Shown: positions 8,702 through 19,798 of the stretch, piece after piece
Layout: each line of letters opens with the position of its first letter
Numbering within the stretch: position 1 is the first letter of the stretch
Source: an uncultured Phycisphaerales bacterium
GTDB lineage: Bacteria; Planctomycetota; Phycisphaerae; Tepidisphaerales; Tepidisphaeraceae
DNA length: 64,000 nucleotides
NCBI GenBank assembly: GCA_963844715.1
Contig: CAWJPJ010000008.1
Span: 576,001 to 640,000, forward strand
Direction: 5' to 3'
Translations under genes and position numbers: made by a program
The notes under the pieces: model-generated
Told to the model about the DNA's origin: nothing
Databases searched by the model: none
What the model saw: only the letters and a program-made list of their open reading frames with translations

Positions 8702-10990
8702 ATGTCTTCCACCCCGGATCATCTCCAGGTCAAGCGCGTTGAGCTGATCGTCCAGCAATTGGACCAGCTACCGACGCTGCCGGCGGTGGCGATGCGCGTC
8801 CTGGACGCGACGGCGAACAGCGAAACGGATACCAGCCAGGTTGTGTCGCTGATCAGCAGCGACGTCTCCCTTACCGCCCGAATATTGCAACTCGTGCATC
8901 GCGCCGATCTGGGCGTGCGCGGGGACGTGAACACGGTCGACCGGGCCGTGATGCTTCTGGGGTTCGAGGCGGTCCGAAGCGCGGCGCTGGCGATTTCGGT
9001 GTTCGAGACTTTTTCAGCGCCCGCGCCGCACGGGTCGGGTTTTCAGCGGGAAGAATTCTGGAAACATTCAATCGCGGTCGCGTGCTGCGCGGAGCTTCTG
9101 GCGGAATCGGCCCACCGCGCGTACTGGGCGCAGAACGCCATGCCGGCTTCGGAGGCGTTCGTGTGCGGGTTGCTGCACGATATCGGAAAAGTGGCGCTGG
9201 ATACCATTCTGCCCAAGAGCTTTGCCCGGGTGGTGGAAGCGGCGGAGCTGCTTCGCGGAAACATTGCGGACGTCGAGCGATCGGTGATCGGTCTGGATCA
9301 CATGGTGGTGGGAAAGAGACTGGCCGAGAAATGGAATCTGCCGCAGGTGATGCGCGAGACGATCTGGCTGCATGGGCAGTTCCCCGAGGCGCTGCCTTCA
9401 ACGGTGAAATTTCCCCGCATGGTGAATTTGATCACGCTGGCGGACCTGCTGGTTCGCGAGCAGCATCTTGGGTTCAGCGGGAATTACACGTTCTACGCGA
9501 CGCGCGATCGGTGGCTCGAGGCGGTCGGGCTGGCGCCGGACATGATCACCGGGATCATGCCGAAGCTGATCGAGCGGATTGAATCTCGGCGCAGGTGCTG
9601 CATCTGAGCCAGGCGAGCACGAAGGAGCTGTATCAGCAGGCGTTGTCGCGGGCGAATCAGGAATTGGGGCGGGTAAGCAGCCAGCTTGCGACGAAAAATC
9701 GAAGGCTGGCGACGCGGGCGAAATTTTTCGACGCGCTCAGTTCGTTTCAGGGCGGGCTGACGCCGGACTCGGCGCCGCAGGCGGTTCTTCAGGCAATCGG
9801 TCAAACGGCGGTGGGGGTTTTGGCGGTAACGTGCGTGGGGGCGTTTTCGATGGGGCCTTCGCAGGATTACGCGGAGATTTTGCTGTTCGATGATTCGGGG
9901 GAACGATTCGAGACTTCATTGGTGGATTGCCCCGAAGCGCCCGGAGGCGCGCAGCCCGGTGACGGGCCGGTTTTGCATGCGGGGGACGAATTGGACTGGC
10001 TGCTGTCGGCGATTTCGCCGCGGCTGGTGGGGGATCAGCGTTTTTGGATGAGCCTCGAGGCGGACGGGGTTTGCATCGGAGGCGTGGTCTGGGGAGCCGC
10101 GACCGGTGAGGCTCAGCGGCTCAGCTCACAAGTCCAGGAATTATCCGCCCTGTCGGGGGGATGGTCGCTGGCGCTGCGAACGTCCCAGATTCGCGAGGAG
10201 GCCAAGGCGCTGAGCCGAGCAATTAGCGGAAACGAATCGGCGGCTGCAGAGCGCCAACAGCGAAATCTTGCGTTCCAAGAACTTGACAAGCATCGGTGAA
10301 ATGGCCGCCGGCGCGGCGCATGAGATGAACAACCCGCTTGCCGTAATCAGCGGGAGATCACAGTTGCTGGCGTCGCAATTAACGGACCCCAAGCACAAGG
10401 CGGCGGCGCATCTGATTCACGAACAGAGCCACCGGCTGAGTGAAATCATTACCGAACTGATGGACTTCGCCAAACCGATGCCGCCCAGCCCGCAGGAATG
10501 CGAACCGGCGGATTTAGTGGAGCGTGCTCTACACGATGCCAAGCAGCATACGGAGATAGCCGATAGGAAGATTGAGGTAACCATGGGAGACACCCCGGCA
10601 GTGGTGGTGGACCCCATGCAGGTTGCCGCCGCGATGACCGAGGTGATCGACAACGCGCTGTTGGCGACCGATCCGACCGGCGGTCATGTGGCGATTCATA
10701 CCGCGTTCGATCCATATTCGTCGCGCGTGGCGATCACGGTGACGGACAACGGATGCGGGATGGATGAGACGACGCTCAAGCGAGCGTTCGATCCATTTTT
10801 CAGCAGCAAGCCGGCGGGTCGCCGGCGCGGGATGGGATTGCCCAAGGCGCTGAGATGGGTGGAATCGAGCGGAGGCTCGATGCGAATGGAGAGCAGAGTA
10901 GGCGAAGGGACGCGCACGTTGATTTTGCTCCCGACCGCGCCTCCCGCCGAAGGATCGGCGGCCCGGCACGAGCGCAAGGCCGCGACTTGA
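8702..10990 (+). CDS. HDOD-domain histidine kinase (frameshifts near 9590 and 10215)
   Basis: LPTLP...FWKHS...GLLHDIGK HDOD domain, a GAF-like middle region, then AHEMNNPL HisKA and DNGCGM/GMGL ATPase, spread over three consecutive ORFs. Confidence 0.85.
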
Positions 10991-11052
10991 GATGAACAGA
11001 TAAACCGAAGATCGGCCAGACCCCGCCGATTTTCCGTAGGCAGGGAGCTTAC

Positions 11053-12236
11053 ATGATGCCAGTCGCCGTTCCCGTAAAGCCCTCGAAGACGGCTCCGCCA
11101 CGGCTTTTGGTCGTGGATGATGAATCGAGCCTGATCGACCTGGTGGGCGATGCCGTCGAACGCAATCTGGAATGCCGACTGAGCACGGCGGGCACGATTG
11201 CCGAGGCGCGGCAAATCCTGGCTAAACAACCCGTTGATCTCCTGGTGGTGGATTTGAATCTTCCCGACGGGTCGGGGACGGATTTGCTGGCCGATCTGCG
11301 GCGGAAATATCCAACCGCGGGGGCGATTGTCATTACCGGGACTCCGACTTACGAGCGTGCGGTATCGGCGCTTCGCGAGGGGGCGGTGGATTTCCTGGCC
11401 AAGCCATTCCGAATCGACGATTTTCTGCACCGGTTGCGAACGGCCTTGCATCGGCAAAACCTCATCGCGAAAAACGAAACACGAATCGACCGGCTGCGCG
11501 ACGCGGTGCGGCGCCTGAACGAGGCGCGCAAGGTGGTCGCCAAGAAAGTCGATCTGCTTTGCAACGATCTGATCAACGCCTACGGCGATCTTTCGCGGCA
11601 ACTGGATACGGTGCGCATCAGCGAATCTTTCCGGGCGCGATCCACAGCGCGGACGATCTGGAGCAGATGCTTTGCCACGCGATGGACTGGCTGCTGCGGC
11701 AGATTGGATACGCGAATGTGGCGATCTGGCTGGCGGCGGAGCCGGGGTTCCAGCTTGGGGCGTATATGAAATATACGATTCCCGGAGAGACGGCGCTGAT
11801 CGAGGCGATGCGGCGGAATCTTTTGCCGCTGGTTGTCCGCGACGGACTGGTGCATCTGAGCGCGTCGGAAATACCGAGCAAGCTCAGCGATGAAGAGTCG
11901 CTGTATCTGCGCGGGCAGACGGTGCTGGCTTCGCATTGCACTTATCTTGGGGAATCGCTGGCGCAGATCATTCTGTTCCGGGACGGGGACAAGCCGTTCA
12001 CCGGGGCCGACATCGCGACGCTTCGGACGATTGGGCCGATTTTCGCGGTGACGCTGGCGACCATGGTTCGGCAAGGGCCGACCGACGAGGATGAAGAGGG
12101 GAACGACAATCCATTTTATGATGGGGGCGGCGGTTCGCTGGCGGAGGATGAGGGGGACGGTCCGCCGAAGAAGCCGCGGAAACCGCGAAAAGATGACGGG
12201 GATTGGTGGAAGCGCGGGGAAGAGCCGCCATTCTAG
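11053..12236 (+). CDS. Response regulator (REC + coiled coil + GAF-like domain; frameshift near 11635)
   Basis: LLVVDDE...VDLNLPDG...FLAKPF receiver domain; continues in ORF 11559..12236, ending in an acidic tail DWWKRGEEPPF. Confidence 0.8.
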
Positions 12237-12252
12237 GTTATACAACTCACTC

Positions 12253-12307
12253 AACGCCAACGGGTAGCCCTCCGATGAACTCGGGGCGGCCATCCGGCGG
12301 CATTTTT
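12253..12307. repeat. REP-like palindrome, family A
   Basis: AACGCCAACGGGTAGCC...GGCCATCCGGCGGCATTTTT, just downstream of the response regulator stop. Confidence 0.55.
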
Positions 12308-12323
12308 GCTCTCCAAAACATAA

Positions 12324-12352
12324 TTGCCGGTTCGCGGGATAGCCGATATGAT
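12324..12352 (+). promoter_or_regulatory. Sigma70-type promoter of putative 6S RNA
   Basis: TTGCCG-N17-TATGAT. Confidence 0.55.
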
Positions 12353-12357
12353 TTTTG

Positions 12358-12581
12358 CGTACGATTGTACTGCGGAAATAAGTGATTGGAGAGTTCTATT
12401 TGGTTAAACCTATAAAAACCCTTTAGGGGATAGCCGCCGCCGCAACGCAGGCCCGGGACCGAAATGACCGGGAAGTGGCGAGGCGGAAAACGGGAGAACC
12501 CTCCCGCCTCGGTCTATCACCCACCTTATTATGAGGGTTTGATCAATCGCTCTCACACGATTTTCGCGGTTCCGATACGTC
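12358..12581 (+). ncRNA. ssrS: Probable 6S RNA
   Basis: Long rod by manual pairing (ACTGCGGAAAT/ATTTTCGCGGT, GAGAG/CTCTC, TTGGTTAAACC/GGTTTGATCAA, GGATAGCCG/CGGTCTATC) with an A/U-rich central bubble; has its own promoter and terminator. Confidence 0.6.
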
Positions 12582-12583
12582 AG

Positions 12584-12615
12584 CGCCCGCCCATCAAAAG
12601 GCGGGCGTTTTTTTT
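12584..12615 (+). terminator. Intrinsic terminator
   Basis: CGCCCGCC-catcaaaa-GGCGGGCG followed by a T-run. Confidence 0.8.
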
Positions 12616-12644
12616 GGGTTCGATTGTGGGTACAACTCCCGCCC

Positions 12645-13839
12645 GTGGAAGCGCATCTGCCTCTTTATCGCGACTTGATGTTGATATTCGTCGCCGCCGT
12701 GGTCGGGGGATTGGCGGCGTGGCGGCTGCATCTTCCGCTGATCGTGGGGTACGTGGTGGGGGGGATCGCCATCAGCCCGTTCACGCCGGGCGTCAAAATC
12801 CACGACGTGCACGTCTTCGAGGAACTGGCGGAAGTCGGCGTCGTGCTGCTGATGTTTTCCATCGGCGTGGAATTCTCGCTCAAAGATCTGCTCAAAGTGA
12901 AATGGGTCGCGGGGTTGGGAGGACCGATCGGAATCGCGATGTCGATCGGACTGGCCTTTCTGCTGGGGAAAGTTTTGCGTTGGACGACGGCGCAAAGCTT
13001 CGTGATCGGCGCGGCGCTCTCGGTTGCCAGCACGATGGTGCTGGCCAGGTTTTTGACGGATCGGGGCGCGCTGAGCACGACATGGGGGAGGGTCACCATC
13101 GGGATCACATTGGTTGAAGACCTGGCGGTTGTGCTGATGACGGTGCTGATCCCGTCCTTCGCGGGATCGGGAGAAGGGCAATGGGCGAAGGTGGGATGGG
13201 TGCTCGGCAAGGCGATCGTCCTGCTGATACCGCTGGGGTTTTTCTCGATGAAGATCATTCCGATCGTTCTGCGCCGGGTCGGAAAAACGGGGGATGACGA
13301 ATTGATGCTGCTGGCCGCGGTGGCGATCTGCCTGGGGACGGCGGCGCTGGCGTATACGGTCGGTTTTTCATTGGCGCTGGGGGCGTTCCTGGCGGGGCTG
13401 GCGATCAGCGGGTCTCAAGATTTGCATCACTGCGCACGAGAAACTGATTCCGCTGCGCGATGCGTTTGTGGCGATGTTTTTCGTCTCGCTGGGCACGCTG
13501 ATCGAGCCGGAGGTGCTGCGGCACAGCCTGCCCCTGCTGGCGGCGATGATCGGGTTGATTATCGTCGGGAAGTTCGCCGCGTGGGTGATCGTGGTGGCGA
13601 TTTTCCGGTATCCGATGCGAACGGCGATTGCGGCGGCGGCGGGGCTTACGCAAATTGGGGAACTTTCGTTCGTTGTGGTTCGCACGGCGCGGGCGGTGGA
13701 TATGGTCGGCGACGACGTCTTTAACGCTACTTTGGCGGCGTCTCTTATTTCGATTTTCCTGAACGTATTTATCGTGCGGATTGCGTGGAAAGGGCTTGCC
13801 GGCACCAATAATAGCGATTTTGCTCATGCCACGGCCTGA
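12645..13839 (+). CDS. CPA2-family cation:proton antiporter (YbaL/RosB-like; frameshift near 13430)
   Basis: LAEVGVVLLMFSIGVEFS, ALSVAST, EDLA, SLALGAFLAG, FFVSLG and QIGELSFV motifs. Confidence 0.85.
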
Positions 13840-13984
13840 GATATTTCCTGACGCTGGGTAATGTTGCAACTTGATGTCTTTTTGGGCGTCTTATTCTTAT
13901 GGCGGCATTGGTTTGAAGCCGAGAATGCCCATATAATCGCCTATTAATGTGGTCAGGGTCGCAGACGCTTTAGAGAGGATCGCG

Positions 13985-15810
13985 ATGAATCGCAGCGGGT
14001 TGGCGGGAATCATGTTAGCTGTGGCGGCAGGGCTGGCCATGCCGGCGATGGGTCAGTTGCGCGTGGGCGGGGACGGGCATGCTACGGACGCCAATACGCA
14101 AGTGGGGAGCGGCGGATATAACGCCGCGGAGGCGGCGCCTTCGGTTACGCCCAACGATATCACTTACGGAAACGTGACGGGAGGATTCCAATTCCGCGGG
14201 CGTCTCCCTACCGCGTTTACCGATCCAAGCGGATTCTCCCAGCCATTGCCGGGCGAGCAGTTGGATGCCTTCGATCGTGAATCACCCGGGGTCCCCACGC
14301 TGGACCACCCGTCGGTCACCGCGAATTATACGGGTCCTCACGCGTTCTATTCGCGAACCGACAGTCCCACGATTCCCGAGGGATTTGTCCCCAGCAACGC
14401 TGCCAGCGGGAACTTTTTGGCCGCGGCTGCCGCCGACGCAACAGGATCTTTCGGTCGATCTTCGGCTGGGCGCGCCGATGGATTTCAATGCGCCTCTGCC
14501 CAAGCCGGGCGATCTGATGATTCCGGGGCAAGTGGATACGATGGCGCAGGCGAATCCGACAAATCCCACGCCGCCGGTTTATTTCATGGCGTCGCCGCTC
14601 TACGGCGTGCGGCAATTGAGTCCCGACCAGAATTCTCCGGACAATACCAATCCCCAGAGCGCTTCGGGGCAGACGGGGACGGGCTTTACCCCGTTTGGCA
14701 CGCTGGGTCAGCCGAATTTGCGGCAACAGCAGATTCAGAAGATGCAACAGGAGTTGAGCCAGAGCGTCAAGGGACAAGGACAGAGTTCGTCGTCGTCGAG
14801 CGCGAATTTGTCGCCGTCGGCGCTGGCGCCTTTGACGCCGGGGAATATGAATCCGAACAATCCGACTCAGCAGAATCCGAATCAGCCGCTTTCGCAACTG
14901 GCGGTTGGGGCGACGCCGGTCGCACCAACGGTGATGACGCCGACGGCGGGGGATATGTCGACGTCGCCGCTGGGCAGTCCCGACGTCCAGGCGCTTTTGC
15001 CGGCGCCGGCGGATCAGAGCACGCAAATTGCGACGCTTCAGCAAAGGATGAGTGCGTACAACAAGGCGCATCCCGCGAGCGAAGATCAGACCAATCAGGA
15101 TTTCCTGACGAATTTGCAGAAGCGTGAAGGGGCGCTGAGTCCGGCGGGTCAGAACCCCGCGGGCCAGACGCCGGGCGCGGAAAATCCGAGCGGGGCGGGC
15201 GGGCCGGAATCGACGACGGTTCTGCCGACGCCGACCGGGATCGCGGTTGCGCCGCCGATGGTTGCGCCGTCGAGCGCGCCGCCTCCGACGCCGATGCAGA
15301 TCAAAAGTTTGTCCGAAGGGATCGCATCGAAGAGCCTTGCGGACCTGCTGAAGAAATCGGAAGATCAGACGTGCGCGCGGGGAATATGCCAAGTCGATCG
15401 AAGGATACGACGAAGCTTCCGCGGTCGCGCCGAACAATGCGCTGATTCCGCTGGGCGGCGCGAATGCGGAGCTCGGCGGTTCGTACTACAGCCAGGCTGA
15501 GGCAGACATTCGCCTGGCGTTCAGGCAGGATTCATCGCTGCTGCTGGCGCAATACGATTTGAAGGGGATACTCGGCGAGAAGCGATTGGTGTATGTGATA
15601 AACGATTTGAAGCAATTGGCGAGCGACTCGCCGCAGAATCCGACGCCGGTATTTCTGCTGGCGTACATCGCGTACAACACACATCATGAAGATCGGGCAT
15701 CCGGGTGGCTGGACGTCGCGTTTCGCCGGTCCGGCGGGAACGACGACGTCATACCGATGCTGAAGAAGTACTGGACGTTCACGCCATCGGCGCCGACGAC
15801 TCAGCCATAA
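13985..15810 (+). CDS. Secreted Pro/Gln-rich protein with C-terminal TPR-like region (two frameshifts)
   Basis: Signal peptide MNRSGLAGIMLAVAAGLAMPAMG, GHATDANTQVGSGG and GNVTGG motifs, low-complexity P/Q/N/S middle, and helical C-terminus, across ORFs 13949, 14265 and 15559. Confidence 0.55.
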
Positions 15811-15908
15811 ACTTTTCAAATTGCGAAACCGCTTAGAGCACTTCATCTGTTTTGTAGAGGCTACAAAACAGATGAGACTGCTTTAAATCGCGCTGGTGGA
15901 AATTGCGC

Positions 15909-16005
15909 AAAAAAAGGCCCCGGACGGGGGGATCCGGGGCGTAACTCCCTTTGATAGGGAGGTCGTCCAAGGGGGTGCTTGGACGGTTGAGGACTGTAAG
16001 TTGCC
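15909..16005 (-). ncRNA. Candidate sRNA 1 (three hairpins, C-rich loops)
   Basis: Minus-strand TTCAAG-N17-CATATT promoter; hairpins CGTCCAAG-CACCCC-CTTGGACG and CTCCCT-ATCAA-AGGGAG; terminator GCCCCGGA-TCCCCCCG-TCCGGGGC-CTTTTTTT. Confidence 0.5.
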
Positions 16006-16046
16006 GGGGGAATATGAAGCTGAAAAAAACCCGCTTGAACCCCCGA

Positions 16047-16128
16047 CAAAAAACGGCTCCGACAGCAACGTCGGAGCCCTCATGGCTCATGTACTGCTAT
16101 GCCTGGCACCCTCGACAGGCAATCAACG
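16047..16128 (-). ncRNA. Candidate sRNA 2
   Basis: Minus-strand TTGCAA(16158-63)-N17-TAGTAT(16135-40) promoter; hairpin TGCCTG-TCGAGGGTGC-CAGGCA; terminator GGCTCCGAC-gttgct-GTCGGAGCC-GTTTTT. Confidence 0.45.
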
Positions 16129-16457
16129 AGGAACATACTATTCTCCCCCATCCCAAATTGCAAGGTAGATACGAAAAATATAGTCATTTTTTACTTCGTT
16201 GTCGTTACAGGACTTGCGGTAAGTATTCCGCATTTCGCCTGCAAGAACGGCATAAGTTGGGCCGGCGGAAGACCCTAACGGCCGATAACCGGCGGAAACT
16301 CCGGCACGGGCGGCGAGGGTCTCAAAGACAGCGGGCGGTGCGCCAATATCCTGCCAAAACCCCCGCAGACTACCGCTTTTGGCCAACCTTCGCGGCTGGT
16401 ACGGACGATTCCAGTACCCAGCCAGTGGGAACTTTTTGGAGTCGCTTTATGAGGCCC

Positions 16458-16550
16458 ATGATTGTGTCCATCGTTACTCAGGTCGCGGAGCTGACCGTCT
16501 TCTTCGCTGCGGCGATTCTGTTAGCCAACGGATTGCTCGGTTGGCGCTGA
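16458..16550 (+). CDS. Small hydrophobic membrane peptide (30 aa)
   Basis: MIVSIVTQVAELTVFFAAAILLANGLLGWR with GAGG just upstream; a single TM-length hydrophobic helix. Confidence 0.4.
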   Translation: MIVSIVTQVAELTVFFAAAILLANGLLGWR

Positions 16551-16570
16551 ATTACATAATCGAGACCGCC

Positions 16571-16637
16571 TTAAGAGGGCGGGGGGTCGGTTAATGTTTC
16601 TTAATCTGCTTGAACACTTCACTATCTGTCTTACACT
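16571..16637 (+). promoter_or_regulatory. Candidate Pho-box-like direct repeats
   Basis: TTAAG/TTAAT/TTAAT/TGAAC/TTACA at 16571, 16591, 16601, 16611 and 16631 (10-bp phase), directly upstream of pstB. Confidence 0.35.
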
Positions 16638-16666
16638 TGCGGGGCGCTACGTGTTGGGACTGATCT

Positions 16667-17535
16667 ATGAGTGGAGTGACTTTGCAGCGGACCGCGGACC
16701 CGACCATCCAGACTCCCGCGGTTCCGCGGCCTGTCCTACCGCCGGGCACCACGGCAACGCCCCCCGACTTGATTAACCAGGCCGAAGTGCTGATCGAAGG
16801 GCGCGGGGTCAGCGTTTTCTACGGACAACACGAAGCGATCAAAACCGTTTCCCTGGCGATGCCGAAGAATCGCGTCATCGCGATGATCGGGCCCAGCGGG
16901 TGCGGGAAGAGCACGTTCCTGCGCTCGATCAATCGGCTGAACGATCTGATTCCGGGCTGCCGGGTCGCGGGCGAACTGATGATCGGCGGGGCAAACGTCT
17001 ACGACCCGAAAGTCGACCTGGTGGCTCTTCGCAGGCAAGTCGGCCTGGTCTTTCAAAAGCCCAATCCATTTCCGAAATCAATCTTCGACAACATCGCGTA
17101 CGGCCCGCGTTTGCAGGGGGTCACCCGGCGCAGTGAGCTGAACGAGGTCGTGGAGGACTGCCTGCGAAAGTCCGCGCTGTGGGAGGAAGTGAAGGACCGG
17201 CTGCACTCGAGCGCCTTGGGGATGAGCGGCGGGCAGCAGCAGAGGCTGTGCATCGCGCGGCGCTGGCGACGAAGCCGACGGTCCTGCTGATGGACGAGCC
17301 ATGCAGCGCCCTGGACCCGATCGCGACGACGAAGATCGAGGACCTGATCACGCAGTTGAGGGAGAATTACACGATCGTGATCGTGACGCACAACATGCAG
17401 CAAGCGGCGCGGGTGAGCGATTTCACGGCTTTCTTCTACATGGGGTTGCTGGTAGAATACAATGCCACGTCGGCGATGTTTACCAACCCAATCCAGAAGC
17501 AGACCGAAGACTATGTCACCGGGCGCTTTGGATGA
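16667..17535 (+). CDS. pstB: Phosphate ABC transporter ATPase (frameshift near 17258)
   Basis: [48 protein letters not shown] and [10 protein letters not shown]. Confidence 0.93.
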
Positions 17536-17565
17536 TGGGGGCTGATCGGCGGTTCCGGGAAATCT

Positions 17566-18224
17566 ATGTCGCACCATCTGGAAGATCTTCTGGACGACCT
17601 GCGAGCGCAAGTGGCGAGAATGACCACCACGGTGCTGCAGGTTGTCGAGCAGGCGTGCGAATCCGTCTTCACGGCCGATCCGCAACTGGCGCAGCAGACC
17701 ATCGCGCTGGACGAGCGGGTGGACGAAACCGAGGTCAAGGTCGAAAAAAGCGCGATCGATCTCCTGGCGCTTCAGCAGCCGGCGGCGGTCGATCTGCGAA
17801 CGGTGACGACCATCATCAAGGTCAACGCGGATTTCGAGCGGATCGCGGATTGCGGCGTGAATATCGCCCAGCGGATGCTCCCGCTTTCGCATCAGGGGGC
17901 GTACCGGCGCCGCCGGACTTGCGGCTGATGGCCAATACGGTGCTGGGGACCCTGCGCGACACGATCAAGGCCTTTAATTTGCGGGATGAGGCCCTGGCCC
18001 GCCACGTACTTAAGAGCGACGACGTGGTGGATGCGCTGTATCACCAGATCGTGCAGGACATGCTCTCGCTGATGGAGACGGACGGGCAGCGGGCGAATCG
18101 CGATCTGGGGAACATCATGATCGCCAAGAATCTCGAGCGGATCGCGGATCATTGCACGAATATCGCCGAAGACGTCGTCTACATTCACACCGGGCGAATC
18201 ATTCGCCATCTGCACGCGGTGTAG
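17566..18224 (+). CDS. phoU: Phosphate signalling protein PhoU (frameshift near 17905)
   Basis: LQQPAAVDLR...DFERIAD and LERIADHCTNIAEDVVY repeats. Confidence 0.92.
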
Positions 18225-19798
18225 GGTTGCCGGGGGTTTGCCGCCATTGAATCTTGCCGTTGCTTAGCGTCAAAGCGGCCGTGGGGTGTCCATCGCGGTC
18301 CAGCGGGCTGCGGAAAATGTGCCATAGCGTGGTGGTGTCAGGGAGATCGAAATCCGCCGGCTTTTTGGCCCGGTTGATGAGATTGGAATTGGCCCAGGGC
18401 GGGGGATTGTTGACGTTCGAACTCCATTCGGCGCGCCAATCTTCGATCCATCCGGCGCGGATGACGCGATCGAGAGTGATCACTTGTTTCGGATCGGCGT
18501 TGAAGACCGCGAAGATGGGGTCCCACAAAAGGATGACGCCTGGCGAAGGATGGTCGATGTTGGCCTGGCACCATCTTTCGACGCGATCGTTTCCGGCGGG
18601 GCCGACGTCGAGATAGTAGAAAATCCCGGGATGATCGCTGAGGACGCGGGGATAGCTTTCTTTTAGCGGGCCGGCGAGATACCAGGCGACGGCCCGGTGG
18701 GCCTGCTGCCAGCTATTTTCCTCATCCACCGGGAGAATCCGCCAGGGGAAGTTGACCAGTCCCGTGGCGACGGCGGCCAGCGCCGCCCAGGAGGCGGCGC
18801 GGGGCCAGGAGAAGAAATCAAAAATCCATTCCCAGCCCTGCGCGGTGAGGATTCCCCACATGGGGGCGGCGACGAGGAGATAGCGCAGCTCGCCGCTGCT
18901 GGAGAGCATGCCGCGCCAATAAAGGAGGCTGTGTCCCAGCAAAATCGCCAGTGGAGCGGCGGCCAGGAGAAAGGCGACCCTGCCACGATGATTGGTCCCG
19001 ATCAAATCGCGCCAGTGCGATAGACCCAGGCCCATTCCGATCCACATGGCGGGCAGTGCAAAGGGGCCGATGACCATGGGTAGGAGAATAAAGAAATGGA
19101 AAACGGAGCCGGGGGGATATTCGCTGCCGGATTCGTAGGGCCAGTGGTCGATGAGCCAATGATTCCAGGTGGAATCAGGCGTAAATCGATTTCCCAGGGC
19201 GGCTCCAGGCGAGAATTCCGGCCGGAAGAAGTAGAATCCAGGCGAAACGGCGATGGGCGATCAGGGCGAGAAGAACGATGGGCAGAAGAGCGAACCCTTC
19301 GGGCCGGGCGAGGGGGGAAATCGCGGCCAGCGCGGTCATCCATCCCCATTGCCGGCGCTGATAGGCCAGGAGCGCCAGGCCCAAAAGCAAGGCGAAGGGG
19401 AGTTCCGTCAACTCTGAAAATGAATGGAGAAACAGGAGAGGCTGGCCGAATGTGAAGATGGCGGCCAGTGCCGGGCGGCGCATTGCCTGCCCTTTGGCGA
19501 TGGCTTGCGCGACGCCGGCGGTGGCGACGGCGATGCAAAGGCTCACCAGGCGAGCGCCGATCAGGCCGCCGATTTTTGCGCCAATGGCGAGCAGAAAGGT
19601 GCAGACCGGGCGGCCCCAGACGTCGAGCAGATAGGGCGGATAGTCGAATGCGTGGCGGGCCAGGACGTAGTGCATTCCGCCGTCGGCTTCGAGAAATCCG
19701 CGCGAGCGCACGGCGGCGGCAATCGAGCAGACGGCGAAGCCGGCGGCCGCGAGCCAGAAGGTGCGCTGGGATTGCGCGGGACGGGCGGTCGTCGTCAT
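18199..19798 (-). CDS. GT-C-type multi-pass membrane glycosyltransferase-like protein (frameshifted)
   Basis: EADGGMHY...LLDVWGRP, SELTELPF, LARPEG and ELRYLL motifs in a highly hydrophobic protein; ATGA overlap with the rnfD-like stop. Confidence 0.6.

Noticed and set aside
12410..12540. Known riboswitch (c-di-AMP, yybP-ykoY, Na+/Li+) upstream of the antiporter
   Set aside because: I could not match their consensus motifs. End-to-end rod pairing fits 6S better, and the antiporter appears to have its own -10 box. Not fully excluded without cmscan.
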